Of a stretch of 64,000 nucleotides of DNA, positions 1 to 13,149 are shown one piece after another (the stretch's first letter is position 1; each line of letters begins with the position of its first letter). The stretch comes from Spongospora subterranea f. sp. subterranea (Eukaryota), in contig JAUGWO010000040.1 in assembly GCA_049724395.1 (NCBI GenBank), forward strand, positions 1 to 64,000, written 5' to 3'. The notes beneath the pieces were generated by a model. It did not search any database, had not been told where the DNA came from, and saw nothing but the letters and a program-made list of their open reading frames with translations. Position numbers and translations under genes: made by a program.

Positions 1-3000
1 ATCATCGTAGTGGTAGAATCCCGGCATCATGCCTTGAAACTCACGGCGAATGTGTGCATAAAAGTGTGATCCTGTCATAGTAGTAGCGGATATTCTTGCC
101 ATCAAACGCCATTCTTCATTCAGAACATATAATGTATCCGGACAAACAATGGTCGTGCTATCAACCAGCGGCACATTATCATCTGGCACTCCGATAGGCA
201 ACGTGATAAACAATACTGAAGTTGGCATTGCCTCGATCGTTAGGGTCTGTACTTGCTTGCACTATTTGTGACGATGAGATCTTCCTGTTGTTTAAATGCA
301 GTTGACTGTTCACATACCGAATCACAACCTGGGTGAATGCAGCTTCTATGCAGTTCTTCTGTAAAACCAGAAATCAATGCGGCAACGGCGGTCTGTAGAG
401 ACATTGATGATGACTGAGTAAATACTTGCTGTCTCAGCTCCTACAACAAAGTTTGATTCAAACACCCGCGGTTAACACCAAAACAGTTGTACCAAAATCG
501 GCCAAAATAACGGACGCGACTTTATGTGATGCCCGTTTGTACATCTTACATCCTTCTGAAAAACATATTTGTGTTAAATGCATTCAACAATACAATGAAA
601 CTATACCTGCACAATCATTTTGAAATGAGCAAAAATAGGATCACTGTCGATTTCAGATAAAACCCTAGCAAGGACTTCAAAAGGGCATCCAAATGATCCT
701 GGCTTGTATAATTTTTCGATTTCAGTAACCCAGGTAGTGAGAAATTCTCTTCCATTGGTCAACTCCTTTGTCAGGGAAGCGCCTTGCTTATTCATCCGGG
801 CATTGACGTGTTGCAGAAGCCGCGCAAAACACGACCTTGTATTGTCGTGTTGGTCTAAGAATTGAAGATAAAGAAGGTATCGCCGGAACAAGGAACCACA
901 TTACCTGAAGGCGCTGGAATGTTTGGAAGACAATCCGCTAGAACCTCCAACAGAACTGTTGAGTAACAGGTATTGTTAGAATGTCGGTACGACTGGTAAG
1001 TGGTGTTGGGGTTTTCATCCACGTTTGTTGCCCCTTTCGGGCGACCAGGTCTTTTCTTGCCAACCCCTAAATGGGTTTCCTTGTTCCCAGGTCTCTTCTT
1101 GCCAATTACTGAAGGGGTTTCCTTGTTTTCAGGTCGTTGAGTGGTACCTTTCAGTTCGACACAATCCACTGATGCATTGGAACCATGCCAGAAAGAGTTA
1201 GTCGTATCGGGCGCTCGCCCGTCATTTGGTGCATGTAGTTGTCTTCTTCGGCGCTCGGGGTGTGCTAACCCGTATTTTTCTATAGATATCTTCCATCTCT
1301 CAGGAACACCTATATTTTGATCAATCTTCGCTGAGAGTGACAACATTGCAACAGTACCATATCTAACAGTTCGACCAAGCTGAAAATCATTCATCTCTCG
1401 TTCATTATTTGCCGCAAAAATCATCAAGGCCGAGAGACCGAACACAACAGGATTTTTGCGTTCAGCTATTTGATAATATATAGAGTGCATCGACTCAATG
1501 GGATTGCTATCCTCTCTTACATTTTCGCCAACTTCTGGATCTGATTTCCGTTGCGATTCAAAAATAAGACATGCCACACTCTCTTTTAACCACCAGGAAA
1601 ACCACGGTCTTGCTTTTGGATATCGGTCCTGATATAACAAAAGTTGATTTTGACCTCTTATATCGTAACGATCAATGTGATTCCAACATGAAGGATTTTC
1701 ATTGCTTCATGAAAGGCATGCAGCATGGGTTCTTCAACTGCTTCCATGATTAATTGCAGAAATTTGCCATCATTGTCACGCCCCACAATGGCATGATTGC
1801 GGTCAATCCGCTGAGCTGAGCAAATAAAGTGCACTCTACAACCTTTCATTAGCGATTGTGCGTCGGCCTTCAATTCGGAAACAATCGGAACAATGCCATG
1901 TGAGTTGAAGATTCTGCTCGTTATCTGTAGACATGTAAGCAAAGTCATAACAATGAGTTTCAGCACTGTACCGAAATATAAGCATCGATGAAGCCTAATG
2001 TTTGCGCATTGGAAAAATCCATGACTGCCCCACACAAACGTTTGAATCTTGTCACCTTGTCCTGTACAGACAACGATGCTTCAGCGGACTGAATGCTTGC
2101 TGAGGCGCAGCTGAAAATCGCTTCAAAATGTGCCCGATAATGCTCGCGAGTTAGTCCGTTCAACCAAGAAAAAGCCACCGGGACCCATTGCGCAAGCAAA
2201 CCGCAATACACTGCGGTTGTCATAAGAAAGCCTCGATAAAAAAAACTGTACGTAACATCGGAAACAGCGCCTTGGCCATCACGGCCTGTCAACGGATCTA
2301 CATCGACGAATCTAACCATTGTGTTGCAAGCTGAGAATCAGCAACAATCATGAAAGAAATATTCAACTGTACCTTTCCAACATAAAACTCGAAGCAACAG
2401 TTAAGTGCATTCGATTGATGTTGAAATCACTTGAGATGACGGCAGTTTTGCCAAAAGTCAGTTGAAACTCCAGGATTTGATCGATGAATGAGTCTCCAGA
2501 ACCTAGATTATTCAAATTTAGGCACATTTTCAGATAAATCAAGTAACCGAGACCTGGAAGTCTAACACCAAGGTCTCGCAACACCTGACGTCGGAAATAC
2601 GCTACTCTTGAGAGGTTACCGTAAGATTCATGGATCTCACAGACCGAGCCAATGATTGGTGTGCCGGTGACAAGCGTGACAGCTTTGGCCATGGGATTAT
2701 TACAGATCCTGTCAGTGAGCATCTTTTTGCAGTAAAAGTCAGGCTTCAACACATGTGGCACGGCATGAGAATGCCGGTCAGAATGGATAATAATGGCTCG
2801 ATCAGAGAATTTTGCCTCCACCCACATGCATGTTGCAGGACAAACGAGTCGAACCATGTCGCTGCTGCAAACGCGGCACCTGCAACATTATAAAAGTAAA
2901 CAACTGATCAAGGTTTTAGACTTGTGACTGAGTTGCGATATTACGTTCGTTCAAAGTTGTCCGGATTGTTCTGTTTCGGACGACGCGAATATGCACATCC

Positions 3001-3290
3001 CAAATGGGAGCAAACAATGTTGCCTGTGCACACCTTGTTGGTGATCTTAATCGGTAAGGGGTCGGATGGCAGCGAACGGTAGCGGGTGTTGGTTACTCGC
3101 CATTGCCACTCGGAGTACCGAGCAACCAAATTGGGCTTTTTGGAAGCTTCGTCAAACATAAAACGGCAATTTCCATCTGGTCGCAGCGGAACCTGATCAC
3201 AGTCGAAGTTCTGATTCGCGACACTCCTATCAATAAGGGTGCACGGCAGCGTCGGCGCAAGTATGTCAGAAACAGTCCAACGACCGCATT
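1..3290 (-). mobile_element. Fragmented Mutator-like DDE transposase (GCM/WRKY-type Zn finger, AT-hook, C-terminal USP-like cysteine protease); runs off the window start
   Basis: Consecutive minus-strand ORF pieces: C-x4-C (CSHLGC) and HSH, VSDVTY, PVAFSW, VMDFSNAQ..GF, GCRVHF, NPIESMH, KKRPGRPKG, NNTCYSTVLLEVL (~930-985) and GSHFYAH...YHYDD (~1-60). Several frameshifts or introns. Confidence 0.65.
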
Positions 3291-3317
3291 CTGAAATACC
3301 GACGGTACCGCATTCGG

Positions 3318-5001
3318 CTCTGTTCCGTTGAAACTGTCCGGTACCAAAATCTGCGTGGGATTATGGTCAGTTTTCCTCCATTTTTTTAACCAATAGGCGC
3401 ATTTTATAGATCTTTTTTTGACCTTTTTGAAGATATAAGGGTTATTTACCTTATGCGTAAGACAGCGGTGTGGTTTTGGCGCGCAAAAAATGCCCTTCTG
3501 CATGGTGCAGCGTTCAGACACCCGCCCAGTCGATTCTAGATGGAGAATCAGGTTGGTAGCGACATAGAACCCGACCAACAACCCCAAAAGTCGATCCTTT
3601 CAATAACAGAGCGTCAGGCAGTTTATCAAGCGTTGCTGACCACGTTGAAAAATGGCCGTCCCGCGAAAGGATCCTTCAACGACATTGCCAAGCGATTTAA
3701 TGTGAATTGGAAAACAATAAGTCGAATTTGGAAGCAGGCTAATGCATCGCTAAGTACTGGAGAATTGGTTCCGAATTTGAAAACACGTCACAAAGGAAAA
3801 ATCCCGAAAAATCGTGACATTACCAATATCGTCAGTGAAGTCCCACTAAGTCGCGGCAGTACGTTACGCTCGCTGGCGGCTGCTACAGGCGTGCCAACGA
3901 CTTCTCTTTGGAGAAAATTGAAGGAGGGGTCGATCCGGCGACATTCGAACTCCATCAAGCCACTTCTAATAAGTTCTGCTTGGCAATGATGGAAACACCG
4001 TCTGCCTTTGGGCAAAATGTATGATGTCGTCCACGTTGACGAGAAGTGGTTTTACATGACCAAGGCCAGCAAGTGCTTTTACCTTGCGGAAGGAGAGATC
4101 GAATTTCTTCGGAGCTGTAAATCCAAGCGCTTTATTGAGAAGGTTATGTTTCTGGCAGCGGTGGCAAGACCGCGATATGATCCCAACAAAAAAACAATGT
4201 TTGCTGGAAAAATTGGAATCTGGCCATTCATCACGAAGGAGCCAGCTAAGCGGAACAGCAAAAACAGACAGGCGGGGGAGTTGATCACTAAACCAGTAAC
4301 CGTGACAAAGGAAATTTATTCAGAGATGCTCATCTCGAAGGTTCTGCCTGCAATACGAAACCAGTGGCCACGTGGCAGCGTGAATCGTCCCATCTTCATT
4401 CAACAAGACAACGCCAAACCGCATCTGTCAGTTGATGATCCAAGATTTGTCGAGGCAGCAAGCGCTGAGGGTTTCGACATTCGTCTGCGCTGTCAGCCGC
4501 CGAACAGCCCCGACATGAACGTGTTAGATTTGGGATTTTTCAACGCCATACAGGCACTGCAACACCATAATGCTCCCAAAAATGTAGACGAGTTAATAGC
4601 TGCAGTAAACAACGCGTTTGCTGAGCTGGATATGAAAAAACTTAACTACGTTTTTCTAACTCTGCAGCAATGCATGATCTAACGATGAACCAGAATGGCG
4701 GGAACAGCTACAAGCTGCCACACATGGGCAAAGAGAAGTTGGAACGCGCAGGAGAATTACCCTTGGTTTTCGATGTCGATACGGAACTTGTCGAGAGCGT
4801 CAAAGCCCAACTTTCCACAGCATAAACCGCAAACCTCTTTGTTGCCATACCATGTTTCATCTTTATTGCCATGAGTCGTTATAGCAGCTTCCTACACCCT
4901 GTTTCATCGTTGAAAACACACGTCTCTGCTACCAAATGGGACAATTCAAATGGAACAAACTAAAAACCCCATACCGGACAGTTTCAACGGAACAGAGGGA
5001 G
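3318..5001 (+). mobile_element. Tc1/mariner DD39D element with interrupted transposase
   Basis: 26-bp TIR ctctgttccgttgaaactgtccggta at 3318-3343 and its reverse complement at 4972-4997. The right end continues to GGGAG followed by TA (5002-5003). ORFs 3540-3989 (HTH) and 4008-4682 carry VHVDEKWF, QQDNAKPH and PNSPDMNVLD, with 39 residues between the second and third Asp. Confidence 0.92.
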
Positions 5002-5059
5002 TAAGTGTTATGACCTGACCGCAAACCTCTTTGACCTGAATAGTGTTAGTTCCTACTCT

Positions 5060-6300
5060 GTTATTCACACTAAATAGAATATCCTATTATTAGTGTTATT
5101 CACACTAAATAGGATATCCTATTATTAGTGTTATTCACACTAAATAGGATATCCTATTATTAGTGTTATTCACACTAAATAGGATATCCTATTATTAGTG
5201 TTATTCACACTAAATAGAATATCCTATTATTAGTGTTATTCACACTAAATAGGATATCCTATTATTAGTGTTATTCACACTAAATAGGATATCCTATTAT
5301 TAGTGTTATTCACACTAAATAGGATATCCTATTATTAGTGTTATTCACACTAAATAGAATATCCTATTATTAGTGTTATTCACACTAAATAGGATATCCT
5401 ATTATTAGTGTTATTCACACTAAATAGAATATCCTATTATTAGTGTTATTCACACTAAATAGGATATCCTATTATTAGTGTTATTCACACTAAACCTATT
5501 CAACTAAATAGGATATCCTATTATTAGTGTTATTCACACTAAATAGAATATCCTATTATTAGTGTTATTCACACTAAATAGGATATCCTATTATTAGTGT
5601 TATTCACACTAAATAGGATATCCTATTATTAGTGTTATTCACACTAAATAGGATATCCTATTATTAGTGTTATTCACACTAAATAGGATATCCTATTATT
5701 AGTGTTATTCACACTAAATAGGATATCCTATTATTAGTGTTATTCACACTAAATAGGATATCCTATTATTAGTGTTATTCACACTAAATAGGATATCCTA
5801 TTATTAGTGTTATTCACACTAAATAGGATATCCTATTATTAGTGTTATTCACACTAAATAGGATATCCTATTATTAGTGTTATTCACACTAAATAGGATA
5901 TCCTATTATTAGTGTTATTTAAATAGGATATCCTATTATTAGTGTTATTCACACTAAATAGGATATCCTATTATTAGTGTTATTCACACTAAATAGGATA
6001 TCCTATTATTAGTGTTATTCACACTAAATAGGATATCCTATTATTAGTGTTATTCACACTAAATAGGATATCCTATTATTAGTGTTATTCACACTAAATA
6101 GGATATCCTATTATTAGTGTTATTCACACTAAATAGGATATCCTATTATTAGTGTTATTCACACTAAATAGGATATCCTATTATTAGTGTTATTCACACT
6201 AAATAGGATATCCTATTATTAGTGTTATTCACACTAAATAGGATATCCTATTATTAGTGTTATTCACACTAAATAGGATATCCTATTATTAGTGTTAGTT
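5060..6300. repeat. 35-bp tandem array, ~35 copies (tagtgttattcacactaaataggatatcctattat)
   Basis: Period 35 read directly (cacactaaat at 5101 and 5136). The unit contains the perfect palindrome aataggatatcctatt. Confidence 0.97.
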
Positions 6301-6979
6301 CCATATTATTGCTATTAACACTAAATACTGTAACCGGTGTAGGTCACAAGTCACAGCTTGAGCGGCGATAACAACGATGGCGCCGGCAACGGCGAACCTT
6401 TGAAGGGCAACCAAATCTCTGAGAGCGTCGGGTATGCTAACCTTCAATCATCGCCGCATAGTTTAATTCAGAACGCGATCAGGAGGGCACAACCTCTCGT
6501 ATTCGCGCAAGTAAAGCGCGTTCCTGGCCGATCTGTTCCCAGCGAACGTTCGACGCTTCCTGAGAGACATTGCGAGGTATCACCGCATCATCAACTATCA
6601 GATGAATCTCAGATCCTGCCGATAAGCGTGAAAGAAATTTGGTCGATGAGGATAAACTTCGATCCGCTTTAAAAACATATGACGAAATCTCCGATTTTGA
6701 GATCCTGATAGGCTTTCAGTCCCTTCAGACTATCTCAAGTATCAACGACAAGGCGGTCTTCGAGGAGATGATCAAGAAGGAGATAATCATGAATCTCCGA
6801 ACGGGAGATTTCGTCATATAATTTTTTAAGTTTGAATTTAAAAGCGAATCGGAGTTTACCATCATCGACCCGATTTTTTGGCGGCCACATTGTTAAACAT
6901 CTCGGACTGATCTCGGCATCCAGACAAAGCTTGAGCCTCATGCCTAAACAGGACACACACAACAACCTTCCTTTGCTTT

Positions 6980-7560
6980 AGCATCACACATTGGAATATG
7001 GACATTTACTGATACGGTTTCAGGGCCCGGTATGGTGAGAGGCATATGCAACCAACAAAGTGCCCAGAGGCGGACCCAACCTCATTGCTCGCTTGTAAAA
7101 GAATTCTTCGAACATTCACAAATTGTTATTGCAGAGGTGCAATTTGCCCATTTGAACAATCCGGTCGTTTAAGTCCTCAGAGGGATTCCCCTATCTCAGG
7201 CAGAAGGTTGTATGCAAGGTTATTCGCGATGATATCTGCATTGTGCCAATTCAGATGGCTGGAGAATTTCTTTAACCTGCCAGCCGCCCAATAGCCCAGA
7301 TTTTAACGTTTTGGACCCTGAGTTTTTCAACGCCATCCAGGCTTTGCAACACCAAGAATCTCCGAGGACAATTGACGAACTTCTCGTGGCTGTGAAGAAA
7401 ACCTATGCAGATATGGCCTGTGAAAAGTTTGTCGTTGCAGCAGGCTTTCCAAAGCACGATGAAGGTAAATTGGCAACAATAACTATAAGTTAGTCCATAT
7501 GGGTAAAGAGCATCTACGGGCAGATGGGTATTTCCAACTTCAATTGTTTGTTGTCAGGAG
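6980..7560 (+). pseudogene. Degenerate DD39D mariner transposase relic
   Basis: PPNSPDFNVLDPEFFNAIQALQHQESPRTIDELL (~7285-7385) closely resembles the 4008-4682 transposase; IGIW motif near 6988; many disruptions. Confidence 0.8.
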
Positions 7561-7941
7561 GCAATTGACAATGCAAAAGAGGCTTTACATTTTACATAAA
7601 TTCACATTGTGCGATCGGACTATCATTTCCGAACAGAGAGAGTACGAAAAAGAGTCCAATACGATAGACCGACCAGTCAGACCATATACACCTTTGACTG
7701 TGACTGTTCAATGGTATGCCGGCGCGGCCGCCTGCCGGTGCCGTCACCCAGCAGGCCGCGTAGGTACCGGCGACTAAGAGTGCTTTACCGCCACATTGCC
7801 CATCTCCAAGTACGGGATTATCAAATGATTAATGATCGTTAGTGTAGTTTATCTCGGGGGAGAAGTTATTCATTATTGCATTAACCAGTCGACGGTTCAA
7901 ATCAATTTTGAACGATTTCGTAATCTTGATCTTTGTCAATA

Positions 7942-9834
7942 ATGGGGCAGAAATTCAGCCAGCAAAATTTGTACTTATCCGGACTGTGTCGGCCGGTACG
8001 ATTTAAATCAATTGCTTATAGAAAAGTCAACGCGAAGATGGCGACGTCACATTTGGCGCTGCTCAAGTCTAAAAAGTATTTAGATTCATATTTATGTTCA
8101 ATCAAGTCATTGTTTTTTCTCCATACCCGAGTTTCATCTGTAATTTGTCGCACGATGTGCTGCAATACGACTCCAACAAGATTGTCACATTTATAAGATT
8201 GATCATGTTTTTTTGCACAGAAGCAATTTGCTTCAGACTTCGAAGCGAGAGGTTGCTACTCTAGTCTCTGTTAACAAGATTCCTTTGGCTGAAATCAAAA
8301 TTGAATCCATAATTCAACAAGAGGTACAAACAGCAGCTTTCGCTGTGCTGTCGTTTTTCTCATAATTTTCTTGAAAAACGAAATTTTTTTGTCTCGATAA
8401 TCGTGATGACGTTTGTTTTATAGTCATGTGCTTTCACCAAAAAGTCCGTTTTTATGATGTACTGCCTAAACGTTCCACGAATTTTTTCAGGATCTGATTA
8501 TCGCCATAGAAATCCTAGGTCTACATTGCGATCGGTGCGTCATTCCAAGCAAAGAGTATCGTTTGATTAATGTTTGATCAGAATTCTAAATCGAGTGTCG
8601 CAAATAGCTTCACAGCCAAAATGTCCAGAAGATATTTTCGTATCGATCGGTAACGACGCGTAGGCGCTGTCCTGAAATATGACTTTCAACATAGCTACCG
8701 TTATATACTGCAGCACCAGGCTACCTATACCAGAATTCCACAGTATTGCGACTCAGATGGCCCTCAAATACTCCAAGGTGATATCGGTTTACAAAAACTA
8801 ATCTCGTCACTGATAACTTTGCTTAGGAATGGGTCATGTGCGCACTGTTGTTTTACTGTCGTTATCTCATTTTTCTAATATATGTTGATTCGTTTTCGAA
8901 AACTTCTCCATCAGCCAGCACATTTCTGTCTTGTCGTTTTTTCACATATCAAATGTAACCTGTTCATTTGTATATGCATACATAGGCCACTTAACGATAG
9001 GAAGCAATACGTCGATCCGAAGGTTCTTGAACGGATCGATGTCAATCCCCCGTCGAAGGCACGGCTTGCCAAGCGATTGGCAGATCTAGCTGCAGAATTC
9101 AAACTTGATTACAGCCCTGAGGTCGAGGTGGGTTAAATCGCACAATATTTTTTTCATGGTATTTTTTTCAAATCGATTTGAAGCATTTCGGTCGACGATT
9201 TCATGTAATTTTTTTCCGGTTGGTAACTGTTGAGCTCAGGATGTTGCTCCTGCTGTAGCTGCTGAAGCCCCAGTGGTAGCCGTTAACTCCCAAAAGGTTG
9301 CTGTTGAACCCCACGAGGTCACTGTTGATGCTGTAGAGGCGCCTGTGCTTCAAAGAAAATCCGTGTCATTCTCTCATCAATTTCCCGAACTGGAATCGGT
9401 TAGTGTTTAGATTATTTACTTGGGCCACATATTTCGGTTTCCGGGCACGGTTTTGCTCTAGACTATTCATATCGTACTCGTTTTTCTCGTTTGTTGACAT
9501 TTTTTTCCATTTGTTTGTGCTGTTTCCATGGGACAGGCAGGTTATCATTTTGAGAGTATTGAAGTAAAATGATTTCAGGCGCAAAAGCAAGTTCCGACCA
9601 AGAAGGTCGCTGAACTTGTCGATGGACCAACATTGTTATCTTCCGAGTCTGAACCACCCGTTCTGAAAACCGGGCAGTGGTTCGCTCGCGGCAGAATTCG
9701 CTGAACTTGATGAATTGGCTAACTGCAGTGAAAACGGAGCTGTTGATGCATCTGCAGTTGTTCCAGAGAATGCTCCAGTGCCCAGTGCAGGTTTTGATGA
9801 CTTGGAATTGCGTCTCCAGGCCTTGAATCGCTAA
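7942..9834 (+). CDS. IST1: IST1-like ESCRT-III-associated protein (regulator of Vps4), multi-exon
   Basis: Exons read from the DNA: MGQKFSQQN, KVNAKMATSHLALLKSK, SKREVATLVSVNKIPLAEIKIESIIQQE, DLIIAIEILGLHCD, ATVIYCSTRLPIPEFHSIATQMALKYSK, VDPKVLERIDVNPPSKARLAKRLADLAAEF, and a C-terminal MIM1-like GFDDLELRLQALNR*. Exon boundaries not fully resolved. Confidence 0.85.
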
Positions 9835-10379
9835 CGCCTGAATTATTTAATGACTCAATATATGTTTTTATTTATTATTTGGCGTGCCGTTATCAGAGCA
9901 AAATTTATTTCAATCGATAAACGCTTTGATTTTCAGCCTTTTTTTTTCTCGAAAATGTCGCTGTCCACAGATAGATTGTGTGTGGCATTTTGCATGTACA
10001 TTTACCTGGCAAGAGGAGTCGCCTTTGTTCTTGTAGATATATTGTTAGGAACTGATAAGAGATGGGCTTTCAAGGAGAGCGTTGTCAGAAAACCTGATTT
10101 GGTGACTCGTACATTCTTTAGGAACTGGGTCAATATTCAATTCATGGCGCAACCTGACATTATTTCAGCACCGCTGTTGGCCTCCCTTTCCGTCGACAAG
10201 GATGGGCACAGCGATGTATGATGAGGACGATGCCGGCTCGAAGAATGATGAGGAAAATGATCATGCCCAATGAGAAGATCGAGAGCCACTACATGTCGCC
10301 AGCCGCTCTCTGTTGGTGATTGTCTGACGTAAGACATGGGGAGGAATTGATTCGGCTAATGAAGGTGAAAATCAAGACC

Positions 10380-11440
10380 CAAGTGAGCGATCGATCATCG
10401 CTGGCGCCACTCATTAGCTGTCAACGACTTGGTCAACTTGACAGTGCAGACTGGTTCATTGCTTGACCTGCCGAATTTGAGTAGACTACCCTGAGGCAAA
10501 ACATATTCCGTTTAAGTGCTACAAAGTGTTGTGGACCAGGTTTTTGTACTAATATTGGTAGTTGCCCGATTGAATTGGCGATATCATGTCGGGTATAAGG
10601 CAGGTAGAGTAGGCTCCCACTGTTGTTCTATAGCCCATGGTTGCTTCGTCCTGCCAGAATTGACACTGATATTGGGCTGTTATTGGGCTCTGTATCTTTA
10701 CTTAAAACAAGTCCTATAACAGCTGGTGTGGCTTGTGGTTTGCAGTGTTCCATATCACAAGATTTCAAAATGTTCAAGTTACTTATCTTGAGTAAGAAAA
10801 CCCTGTTTGTCCTTAACGTAGACCTGAATTCCTAAATATTGCTGTACAGGACCCAGATCATTCCTTGCACAGATCGTCCTTTGTCTAATCAATTACCTTT
10901 CGGTGACCAATAAGACCAGATCAGCAACATACAGGGGCATTATAACAAACTGGCCAACAGTTCTCTTGACGTACAGACACGACGTTGACTTGGTCAACAT
11001 CAATTTGTTGGAAATAAAATCCACTATGAGATTATGCCACACGTTAGGCCCTTGTTTCAACCCATACAGGGACTTCAACAACTTAACCAACTTGGAACGG
11101 GTTGATAATACTTTCGGCGTCTGCATATGAAATATGGCCACTAGCATCTTCTAGGGCTCCATTCAAGAATGCAGTTACGACATCCATCTGATCAACTTCA
11201 ACGTTCTCACTCGCTGCTGATAAAGAGGTAACGTTGAAGTTGACCAGATGGATGTCGTAACTGCATTCTTGAATGGAGCACTAGAAGATGCTGATGGTGA
11301 CGAATCCCACCAGGGAGAGTTCAAAGAGAGGAATGTCATCAATGAGAGAAGGACACGCACTCAACCTGAAAGATATGGAGATCAACTGTAGTTCACCACA
11401 GCTGGTCAAGACTGGCGATGACAACCCGTTACCAGTTGAA
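10380..11440. pseudogene. Rearranged Ty1/Copia reverse transcriptase relic
   Basis: Minus strand: LLKSLYGLKQGPNVW, CLYV, YVADL, DLGPVQQYLGI. Plus strand: VEVDQMDVVTAFLNGALE (~11232-11290). The pieces lie in opposite orientations. Confidence 0.8.
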
Positions 11441-11475
11441 GATGGGATATAGGCTTGTGTATTATTAGTGTGACG

Positions 11476-11932
11476 GAGTGGCGTTGGCGGAGTGGCATTG
11501 GCGGAGTAGCGTTGGCGGAGTAGCGTTGGCGGAGTAGCGTTGGCGGAGTAGCGTTGGCGGAGTAGCGTTGGCGGAGTAGCGTTGGCGGAGTAGCGTTGGC
11601 GGAGTAGCGTTGGCGGAGTAGCGTTGGCGGAGTAGCGTTGGCGGAGTAGCGTTGGCGGAGTAGCGTTGGCGGAGTAGCGTTGGCGGAGTAGCGTTGGCGG
11701 AGTAGCGTTGGCGGAGTAGCGTTGGCGGAGTGGCATTGGCGGAGTAGCGTTGGCGGAGTAGCGTTGGCGGAGTAGCGTTGGCGGAGTAGCGTTGGCGGAG
11801 TAGCGTTGGCGGAGTAGCGTTGGCGGAGTAGCGTTGGCGGAGTAGCGTTGGCGGAGTAGCGTTGGCGGAGTAGCGTTGGCGGAGTAGCGTTGGCGGAGTA
11901 GCGTTGGCGGAGTAGCGTTGGCGGAGTAGCGG
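11476..11932. repeat. 14-bp tandem array (ggagtagcgttggc), ~32 copies
   Basis: Directly visible. Lies next to the Copia relic and is followed by a ...ttcaaca terminus-like motif near 11981. Confidence 0.97.
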
Positions 11933-12285
11933 AGGCTGAGAAACGTCGAAATATCAGGGGAACCATTCATATAATTCAACATTGATGTGGCGACCCATTT
12001 GGTTCCATTTAATCATCAACGAACGGTGTCAGGTCATCGATTTGGTGGTTGGACAATTCATTTGTGTATATGTGAGAATCACATGAGTCTAAACGATCAG
12101 CATTGACGACTGGTTCGTTCATGAAGATTGCTGTATTGACTAAACATTTTGGTGATCGTATCAGCTCGATTTCATATATCCGATAAACTCGCCCATTAGG
12201 GGTTTGTTTGTCCCATATGTTGAACTGATATTGATTGATTCACCCATCGACCTATCAGTGTCATTGTGGCGATTGTTTAAGAACC

Positions 12286-12494
12286 ATCCACCATCACGAA
12301 CGATATCGTCCTTTACAGCACACTCTTTCCAATCGAATATTATTCTTACCAAGAACACCAAGTTTTACAACTTATCTTCTTATCCTAAGTTGCCATCCGC
12401 GCCCTCGCTCTTAGGATAAGAAGATACATTGCGAAACTCGGTGTTCTTGACAAAGAGTGTGCTGTAAAGGACGATATCGTTCGTGATGGTGGAT
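12286..12494. repeat. ~210-nt imperfect foldback (long hairpin)
   Basis: Outer arms atccaccatcacgaacgatatcgtcctttacagcacactcttt and its reverse complement; inner arms tatcttcttatcctaag / cttaggataagaagata; ~20-nt loop. Confidence 0.9.
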
Positions 12495-13149
12495 AGCTCG
12501 TTCTTGATTCAGCTTATGCAGTTTTACATTTTTCCTTTCTCGCTCTTGGCCGTTGTTTTGATTTGGAGTTTCAGGGTTGCTTGTTGTTTTTTGTTGTTGT
12601 TGGCTGTGGAATTAGGAGGGTTGAGGATGTCGCGAACCGCCCTGTTTTGGCGCAACGATTGGATATTTTTCGCAGCTGGATGACAATCTGTGAAGCAACA
12701 AGTTTTGCTGGTGACTCTTTCGTAATTTCGACAATAGCATTACGGTCAGCAGCTGTCTGCCTAGTCTTTTCGGCCTTCGCTTCTTTCGCAATGAGACGTT
12801 GAATTCGTCTAGAGCGTACTGCGCTTTCACATACTTTGTAAGGACGCGTTCTTCACACTGACTTTGGAAAGACAACCGTCATCAATCTGTTGGATAAGGG
12901 TGCCGATGGGCGATGGTGATACAGTTATGCACATTGCTGCTCTTAACGGAATGTATTGCGGCCAACATTGTCGGACACCTCATCACTGACAGTAATCAGA
13001 AATAATCAGCGTTGTCGATTTAATCTGCATGAAGTTTCCTCAGGCGATCCTCGCGAAACACAAGAGGGGAGAACCCCTCTCTTTATTGCGGAACGATCGA
13101 AAATGTATATGCCATTTTGTACGTAGAAAGTTCATATCGTTATTGTTCT

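Noticed and set aside
3318..5001. Fanzor/TnpB cargo in the mariner or other DNA transposons
   Set aside because: No RuvC-like motifs with the characteristic zinc finger were seen in any ORF of the window.
5060..6300. Palindromic 35-bp repeat resembling a CRISPR direct repeat
   Set aside because: No spacers between units; eukaryotic TE context.
6358..6821. Possible gag-like or host gene fragment
   Set aside because: Frameshifted, with no motif I can assign with confidence.
11281..11982. ORFs with SANATPPTLLRQRY repeats
   Set aside because: Translations of the 14-bp array; no coding evidence.
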